Below are positions 7,451 to 13,195 of a stretch of 13,195 bases of DNA, in pieces. Under the pieces are notes generated by a model. The model searched no databases and was not told where the DNA came from. It was given only the letters and a program-made list of their open reading frames with translations. The stretch is taken from the NCBI GenBank assembly GCA_044222065.1, contig JBGAOA010000089.1, forward strand, positions 1 to 13,195, in the 5' to 3' direction. The stretch comes from Candidatus Eiseniibacteriota bacterium. GTDB lineage: Bacteria; Eisenbacteria; RBG-16-71-46. Positions within the stretch are counted from its first letter, which is position 1. Each line of letters opens with the position of its first letter. Made by a program: the position numbers and the translations under genes.

Positions 7451-7573
7451 CCCCGCGGCCGCGGGATCGCGCAGCGCGGGCGGCGCGCCCGCGATCGTCT
7501 GCGCGTGTGCGGCGCCGGCGAGCGCCGTCGTGACGGCGAAGGCGAGCGCCGCGAAGAGGCGCGGCGCCCTCAC
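6593..7573 (-). CDS. Secreted zinc metalloprotease (metzincin, leishmanolysin/M8-like ligand spacing), paralog A, 326 aa
   Basis: The true start is likely GTG 7573, overlapping the upstream TGA (GTGA). Signal peptide VRAPRLFAALAFAVTTALAGAAHA|QT. HELGHAVG at 7034-7048, distal His (GMHTD, 6929-6931) and Met-turn (GLMDP, 6896-6898). Colinear with paralog B to the identical C-terminus AARGGASVVAP. Confidence 0.85.
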   Translation of the reverse strand: MRAPRLFAALAFAVTTALAGAAHAQTIAGAPPALRDPAAAGMCGVAEPIRVKDVPDGNQVQAGALVIQPTWDATITSRPGWQAVIQQAINEWQGTILDNGCSRNPLPIYFRAVPLGGFLGFTQSLVYLSNGCMFADTIGFDPAFTWFVDSTPANSSEFDGTSPAPAGFDLLTVARHELGHAVGWGFQTPTNNLMSGSTFDANRLNVPVGGGTGMHTDSTWTHGGLMDPAVPQSVRRAIALYPDAAMIARAYGGNIPMTFVDPTVGGAGAGTAADPYQSFAIANSFAPAGWPLLLANGSVSHVVNGYLTGIARTWMAARGGASVVAP

Positions 7574-9024
7574 TGCAGGTTCACGAGAACGAGCACCATT
7601 CCCATGCCTTCCTCGAGCGCCGTCATCGCCTTGCCGAGCACCGCGCCGTGCGCGCGCTCGCGGTCGCTCGCGCGCATCGCGTGGCCCGGCACATCCGAGG
7701 TCGTGAGCAGGTCGCCGACGCGGATCGCCGCGCGCGACGCGTCGCACTTCACCCACACCCGGCCCGACAGCGCGACCGGCGCGTGGCCGTCGCCCTCGAA
7801 GCTCGCGCCCTTGAGCACGACCGCGGCGTCGAGCCCGTTCGCACCGCTCACGACGCCCGCGACGCGCGGGCTGTACGCCTCGTCCGCCACGCACAGCCGG
7901 CCGTCGGCGTCGCCCGTCAGCATGAGCACGGTGCCCGGCTCGGCGGCGTCGGCGACGGGGAAGCTCTCGGCGAGGTCGGCGCCGAGGATCTGCAGCGTCT
8001 TCGCCTTCACGAGGCCCGCGCTGCCGTCCACCGAGATGCCGCCCGGGGGGCACACGAAGCGGCCGCCCGGCTTCGCGACGTTGGGCGACGAGCCGTACAC
8101 GCCTTCGCCCGGCGAGCCGAGCACGCCGTAGGTGCCGGCCGACGTGCAGTCGCCCGAGACGCCCCAGTAGTTCGTGCTCCAGCCCGAGATGCCGCGATCG
8201 TCCACCGACGACGCGTAGATGCCGCCGGACGGCGCGCCGAAGATGCCGCCGCCGTTCATGCCGTGCACGTACAGCGCGGCGCGCGTGTTGTCGAACACGT
8301 AGCCCGAGGACGTGATGCGCACGCCGCCGCCGAGCGTCGAGTTCACCTCGAGCGGATACGTCGGGTTCAGGTTCCCGATGCCGAGCTTGCCCGCGACGTA
8401 GTTGCGCGTGCTGAGGTCGTACAGGCCGTAGCCGCCCGAGGCGAAGTTGTGCACGGCGAGCGCGGCGTAGTTCACGTTGTTGTTCGCCACGTAGAGCGGG
8501 TTCAAATTCGCCGTGCCGCCATCGACGAACAACTTGATCCCCGGTCCGGGCTGCCCGCCGATGCCGACGTTGTTCGGATAGTCGATGCCGTTCGGATTGT
8601 CGTTCCACTGGGACGTGCCGCCGCCGCCCGGGGCGCTGAGCGCGTGCAGCGCGTACGGCGTGGCCGCGAGCGACTGGCGCGGCGCGAGTGCCGTGTAGTC
8701 GGCGTCGCCCGGCGTCTGCACGGAGATCTCGAGCCACATCGCCTCACCGTTGAACACGGCGCCGAAGTCGAGGTCCACGGTGAAGAGGCCGTCCGTGACG
8801 GTGATGCCGGCGAGGCTCACGTCGGCGCCGACCTGGTTGCCCGCGGCCGGATCGTCGTAGAGGCGGAACACGAAGTCGGCGGTGCCCGCGTAGGGCGCGG
8901 CGTCCTTCGCGAGCTTGCCCTGGTAGGTGAACGCGGTGCCGAGCGGCGCCCCGAAGGCGAGCGGGGCGAGGAGCGCGCACGACAGCGTCGTGAGCGCGAG
9001 GGCGAGGCGAATCGAGCGGGTCAT
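7570..9024 (-). CDS. Secreted phage-tail-fibre-like adhesin with C-terminal intramolecular chaperone / autocleavage (peptidase G2-like) domain, 484 aa
   Basis: GGAG RBS and signal peptide. N-domain GTAFTYQGKL...FVFRLYD...DGLFTVDLDFG...WLEISV...PRQSLAATPYAL. Shaft repeats NVGIGGQPGPGIKLFVDG / KLGIGNLNPTYPLEVNS and G-[VI]-x-G repeats. C-terminal GADLAESF...PGTVL...VAGVVS...PVALSGRVWVK...IRVGDLLTTS..PGHAM...VLGKAM. Confidence 0.82.
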   Translation of the reverse strand: MTRSIRLALALTTLSCALLAPLAFGAPLGTAFTYQGKLAKDAAPYAGTADFVFRLYDDPAAGNQVGADVSLAGITVTDGLFTVDLDFGAVFNGEAMWLEISVQTPGDADYTALAPRQSLAATPYALHALSAPGGGGTSQWNDNPNGIDYPNNVGIGGQPGPGIKLFVDGGTANLNPLYVANNNVNYAALAVHNFASGGYGLYDLSTRNYVAGKLGIGNLNPTYPLEVNSTLGGGVRITSSGYVFDNTRAALYVHGMNGGGIFGAPSGGIYASSVDDRGISGWSTNYWGVSGDCTSAGTYGVLGSPGEGVYGSSPNVAKPGGRFVCPPGGISVDGSAGLVKAKTLQILGADLAESFPVADAAEPGTVLMLTGDADGRLCVADEAYSPRVAGVVSGANGLDAAVVLKGASFEGDGHAPVALSGRVWVKCDASRAAIRVGDLLTTSDVPGHAMRASDRERAHGAVLGKAMTALEEGMGMVLVLVNLQ

Positions 9025-9052
9025 GGAAGAGTCTCCGGGGCGGGTGCCGGTG

Positions 9053-9610
9053 TCAGTGGATGCGGACGATTCGGAAGGTCGAGCGGGAGGGCCCCGCGGT
9101 GAGGCGCGCGAAGTACATGCCGGCCGGGAGCGCGCGGCCGTCCGAGCCGGCCCCGTCCCAGAACACCTTGTGGCGGCCGGCGCCGCGCTCGCCGTCGAGC
9201 ACGCGCGCGGCCACGCGGCCGTCCACGCCGAAGACGACGAGCGACACGCGGCGCGCCTCGGGCAGCTCGAAGTGGATCGCGGTCGAGCTGCGGAACGGAT
9301 TCGGGCCCGCGAGCCGGGCCGCGAACACCTTCGGGATCGCGTCGCCGCCGGACTCGACGCCGGTCGTGTGTGGGGCGGCGCCGCTCCAGAAGCCGCCGTC
9401 GAGCGCGTACGCGCCGCCCGCCAGGTAGCCCGCGTCGGGCTGCCCGAGCGTGCCGCCGAGCTGGTAGGCGCCGCCGGTCGCGAACGTCTGTCCGCCGGAC
9501 GAGAGCGTGTTCCAGGTGAGGTCGTACGCGCCGCCGGTCTGCGCGCGCGCGAGCGGAGCGGCGAGGATCGCGAGCGCGGCGACGGCGATCCGCGCGTGGG
9601 TGGGTGTCAT
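9053..9610 (-). CDS. Small secreted protein: Gly-rich 'YDLTW...GTLGQPDAG...GGFW' domain plus C-terminal FlgD Ig-like / T9SS type-A-like sorting domain, 185 aa
   Basis: ATG 9610 follows GGAGG. Signal peptide MTPTHARIAVAALAILAAPLARA|Q. C-terminus TGVE...PNPFRSSTAIHFELPEARRVSLVVFGVDGRVAARVLDG...GRHKVFWDG...GRALPAGMYFARL is the PNPF...WDG...G.Y sorting-domain signature. It is the C-terminal part of track ORF 9053..10852. Confidence 0.88.
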   Translation of the reverse strand: MTPTHARIAVAALAILAAPLARAQTGGAYDLTWNTLSSGGQTFATGGAYQLGGTLGQPDAGYLAGGAYALDGGFWSGAAPHTTGVESGGDAIPKVFAARLAGPNPFRSSTAIHFELPEARRVSLVVFGVDGRVAARVLDGERGAGRHKVFWDGAGSDGRALPAGMYFARLTAGPSRSTFRIVRIH

Positions 9611-9828
9611 GGTTCGCCTCCGGTGCCGGTGCAGGGGATCGAGTCCCGATGCCCGTTCAACCGGCCGGGCCGCCCGGACCGCACACGCGATCGCGCTCGG
9701 AAGTGGCCGAGGCGCCGGGCGCAACGCGGCGAACCGGATTCGACGGAGGCGCCGGACGGGACAGGGCGGAGTTGCAGGAGCGACTCGGCGGAGGCGGAAG
9801 TGGCGTCGCGGCGAAGGCGGCCGGCGCG

Positions 9829-12800
9829 TCAGCGCCAGTCGCCGGAGGCGACGAACGCGGCCCAGTGGAACGGGTGCGTGTCGCGACCCGCGGCGCGCTG
9901 CTCGCGCAGCAGTCCGCGGCACGCCTCGCGCACGGACTCGGCCGTGTCGCGGCGTTCGAGCAGCCGCGCGGAGTAGAGCCGCGTCATCCAGCTGCGCGTC
10001 GCGGCGTCGTCCACCGCCCACAGGCTCACGATCGCCGTGTGCAGTCCCGCGCGGCGGAACGCGCGGTGCAGGCCCTGGATCGCCTCGACCGCGGTCGGGT
10101 CCGCGAGCCCGGTCTCGCACGCCGACAGCACGGCCCACTCGACGCCCGTGAGGTCGAGCGACGTGATCTCCTCGGCCGTGAGGAAGCCGTCTTCGCCGCT
10201 CGCCCGCGCTGGGGCGTTCGCGCCCGCGAGCGCGAGCCCGGGCAGCAGGGCCGCGCGCCGCACGGCGCCCGACGGCGCGTTCGCGCCGATGACCGCGCCG
10301 ACCGCGCGCGTTCCCGCGAGCGCCGGCCCGCCGCCCGGGCCGAGCGCGAAGCCGTGCGTCGCGAGGTGCAGGACGCGACGGCCCGGAGCGAAGCGCTTGA
10401 ACTCGGTCTCGCTCGCCTCCGCGCCCGTGCGTTCGATCGGGGCTTCGCCGCCGGACGCGCGCCACAGCGTCGTGATCGCACGCACTTCCTCGGCCGTCTG
10501 CGGGAGCGCGGTGAAGTGGACGCGCAGCGAGTCCGCCACGTTCGAGCGCAGCGTCGCCACGTCGTCCGCGAGGCTCGCGAGCGGCGCCGTCGCGCCGCCG
10601 TCGTCGGCGCGATCGAAGTCCACGCCGCCGAGCGCGAGCAGGCCGTGGCCGGCGCGCGCGTCGTCGTTCCACGGCAGCAGGTCGCGCGCGGCGGTGAGCC
10701 GGTGGATCGTGCGCGCGTCTTCGGCGAAGTAGCGCCCGCGCTCGTCCGGGAGCGCGAGGAAGTTGAGCGCGTGGAGCGCGCCGTCCGGACGACGAACGCG
10801 CGTCGCGGCGCCGAGCGCGAGGCGCGAGCGGGTCCCACACGCCGCGCCGCACCGCCGCACCGAGCGCCGAAGCACGGCGTTCCGCGGCGCGCGCGAGCGC
10901 GAGCCCCGCGGGCGGCGGCGTCGCGCACGCCTGGATCAGCGCTCGACCGCGGGCTCGATCGCGGCGGCGGCGCCAGCGGCACGAACGCCGGCGCCGGCTC
11001 GCCCGCGCGCAAGACGAGCGCGGCGTAGCGCGAGGCCTCGGCGTCGAGACGCTGATCTCGTCGCCTGCAGGACGTTCGGCGCGGCGAAGCGCACGTACGA
11101 CACGAGCGCCGAACCGGCGGGAAGCGACGCCGCGATCTCGGCGAATCCGGCGTCCGCGCGTCCCGTGCCGCGTTCCGCGCCCGCGAGCCGGTCGGCGAGC
11201 GCGCGCTCGGCCGCATCGCGCCGCGCCCAGGCGGCGGTCACCGCCGAATCGGGCGCGCGCCCGACCCGGATCGTCGAGACGAGCGTGCGCGCGAGCGCCT
11301 CGCGCGCGGCGTCGAGCTCGGCCTCGGCGGCGGCGAGCGCGGCGTCGCCCAGGCGCGCGAAGCGCGGCCGCGATCGGCGAGTTCGTCGAGCACGAGCAGG
11401 CGGCCGCGAATGACGGCGTCGAACGCCTCGACGCGGCGCGCGGGCGGGAGCATCGGCGCGCCGGCGGCGAGCGTGAGCATCTGCGCGCGGCCGAGCGAAC
11501 GGATGCGCTCGAACGACAGCGCCTCGGCCTCCGAAAGCGCCCGCGCGGCGTCGCGCAGCACCTCGCGGCCGTGCGCGTCGACGTCGCGCGCGTCGGTCCA
11601 GGCCTCGTCGGGCCGGCCGGTCACCGCCGCTGTGATCGAGCGGCGCAGCCGCGATTCGAGCGTGCGGGCCGACGACTGTCCGTAGGCGCGTTCGCAGATT
11701 CCGAGCGAACGCGAGTACGCCGCGTAGGCGGTGTCCGGCCGGCCGAGCGCCACGGAGGCGGCGCCGAGCACGACGAGCGTCTCGTTCGCTTCGGTGTCGC
11801 TCAGGCGACGCGCGCCGCCCATGACGTCGCGCACGAGCGAGTCGGCCCCGCGCGGATCGCCCGCGACGAGCGTGGCCGCCGCGGTCATCGTGAGGCTCCA
11901 GGTGCTCGTGCCGCGGCCGGGGCCGAACGCGCGCTCGCGGATCGCGCGCGCCTCGTTCAAGGCCTCGAGCGCGCCGCGGCCGTCGCCCGTCATGACGCGG
12001 TTCGCGCCGAGGTTGTTGAGCGCGATCGCGAGGTCGGCGGGATTGCGGCCCGCGGCGCGGTGGATCCGGACGGCGCGCTCGTAGTAGGGCATCGCGCCCT
12101 CGCGATCGCCGAGGTTGCGGATCGCGCCGCCCACGGCCGCGAGCGTCGTCCCGACGAGCGGGTGGTCGGGACCGAACGCGCGCTCGCGGATCTCGAGCGC
12201 GCGCAGCGCGTGGCGCTTCTGCGAGACGTAGTCGCCGAGGGCGGACGCCGAGAACGTCGCCAGGTAGTGCGTCATCGCGAGATCCGTACTCCACGGGCCG
12301 AGCGCGCTCTCCTGGATCTCGATCGCGCGGTCGTACGCGACCAGCGAGCGAGCGTCGTTTCCGCGGCTCGATTCCGCCCGGCCGAGGTAGCCGAGCGTGC
12401 GCGCGAGCAGCGTCGAATCGGGCGGACGCACCGCCTCGGCGCACTCGATCGCGCGCTCGAGCGCGGCGACCGCGCGGTCGCCGTCCCCGCGCTCGGCGAG
12501 CGCGTTCCCGAGCGTCGAGAGCGTGCGTGACTCGACGGCCGCATCGCGCGACTCGAGGCGCTCGAATTCGGCGAGCGCCGCGTTCGAGAGCGACTCCGCG
12601 CGCGCGAGCTGCTTGAGCGTGCGCGCGGTCTCCGCGGTCCAGCCGAGCGCTTTCGCGACCGCGCGCGGATCGGGACGACGCTCCGAGCGGCGCAGCGCGA
12701 GCGCGCGCTGGAACAGCGAGTCGGCTTCGCGGTTCTCGAGCCGGACGAGCCGCAGTTCGCCGAGCGTCTCGAGCGCCGCGGCGAGTTCGGACGGGCGGGC

Positions 12801-13025
12801 GCGGCCGTCGGCGGCGCGGCGCGCGGCGACGCGCTCGGCGAGCCCGACGAGCGCGGGATCGGTTGGCCTGAGCACCGCGCGCAGCCGCTTCACTTCGGCG
12901 AGCGAGTCCGGGACCGCGGGCTTCGACGCCCGCGAGGCCGCCGGCACGAATGCGACGAAGAACGCGACGAGCGGCGCGCCTGCGCGCGCCGCCCATCGCA
13001 CTCGCCGGAGCCGGAACGAACTCAC
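9829..13025 (-). pseudogene. TPR-repeat + CHAT (caspase-HetF) protease with signal peptide, ~1065 aa if intact; disrupted by about five frameshifts (sequencing error or pseudogene)
   Basis: GTG 13025 overlaps the upstream TGA and follows GGAG. Signal-like N-terminus. Kinesin-light-chain-type TPRs (RALEIRERAFGPDHPLVGTTL; ALNNLGANRVMTGD...EARAIRERAFGP). CHAT motifs VWDPLAP, PDGALH, LHLATHG (His 10354-10356), DGFLTAEEI, VLSACETG (Cys 10117-10119), SLWAVDD and HPFHWAAF. The coding path switches frames near 11360, 11060, 10975, 10937 and 10820. Confidence 0.88.
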
Positions 13026-13195
13026 GGCGACGGATTCTCCAGCACGACGAGCCGCATCCACAGCGCTGTCGCGTCGGCGCGCGCGCCGAGGTCGCGCGCG
13101 AGCGCGGCGAGCACGCCGCGGCCGTGCGCCGGCTCGGCCGGCGCGCTCGTCACGACGCCGCCGACGCCGCGCAGCGACGCGAGCGATGCCGCGGA
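13022..13195 (-). CDS. 3' end of an upstream gene (unknown; possibly the extracytoplasmic tail of a Ser/Thr kinase or anti-sigma-type protein)
   Basis: Open frame from the right edge: SAASLASLRGVGGVVTSAPAEPAHGRGVLAALARDLGARADATALWMRLVVLENPSP*. It has high-GC3 codon usage and its TGA overlaps the CHAT gene GTG. The product guess rests only on the usual neighbourhood of secreted TPR-CHAT genes. Confidence 0.55.
   Translation of the reverse strand, partial: SAASLASLRGVGGVVTSAPAEPAHGRGVLAALARDLGARADATALWMRLVVLENPSP

Noticed and set aside
6593..8737. 714-aa ORF as a single protein; likewise 5087..6379 and 9053..10852
   Set aside because: The N-terminal parts are off-frame readings of upstream genes. 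Real starts with an RBS or overlap and a signal peptide are at 7573, 5398 and 9610.
7570..9024. Prophage interpretation of the tail-fibre-like gene
   Set aside because: It has a Sec signal peptide and host-like codon usage, and there are no capsid, terminase, integrase or other tail genes nearby.
3726..9775. Shared 11-mer GGCGGAGTTGC at 3726-3736 and 9765-9775
   Set aside because: A single short GC-rich match in opposite orientation relative to the downstream genes; compatible with chance.
10936..10938. In-frame TGA in the CHAT gene as stop-codon recoding (Trp/Sec) or programmed frameshifting
   Set aside because: The coding path also changes frame here (TG-ATC fits TGG ATC missing one G), other genes use TGA as a normal stop, and about five shifts without slippery sites are not a plausible programme.
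1611..12109. Recurrent GCGATCGC (HIP1-like) octamer at 1611, 6729, 6858, 9687, 12022 and 12102
   Set aside because: Four of the six copies are in coding sequence as Ala-Ile-Ala-type codons, and the DNA is rich in CGCG and GATC words. Enrichment cannot be claimed without a Markov-model test.

Overview
Very GC-rich bacterial DNA. A FlgD-type C-terminal sorting domain and the style of the HNH protein suggest Ca. Eisenbacteria or a similar lineage (inference only). From left to right: (1) the 5' part of a HyfB/NuoL-type antiporter-like hydrogenase membrane subunit (-), running off the left edge and missing from the ORF track; (2) a divergent SDR oxidoreductase (+); (3) a membrane protein (-) ending in a K+-channel-like pore module whose selectivity filter is degenerate; (4) a hairpin-rich ~400 bp intergenic region, then a DUF222-like HNH endonuclease (+) with RHH-like and RuvA-C-like segments; (5) a small NIPSNAP-like protein (-); (6) a ~7.7 kb minus-strand cluster of exported proteins. 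In transcription order the cluster contains the 3' end of an unknown gene, a signal-peptide TPR-CHAT protease broken by about five clustered frameshifts, a small 'GQPDAG' protein with a FlgD/T9SS-like sorting domain, a phage-tail-fibre-like protein with a peptidase-G2-type autocleaving chaperone, and two tandem paralogous leishmanolysin-like metzincins, closed by an intrinsic terminator. The best candidates for an undescribed system are the anchor + fibre + twin-protease module downstream of the CHAT protease, and the HNH gene with its structured leader. Most long ORFs in the supplied track are GC-rich shadow frames. No tRNA, rRNA or CRISPR array was seen. All family assignments come from motif recognition by eye, not database searches.
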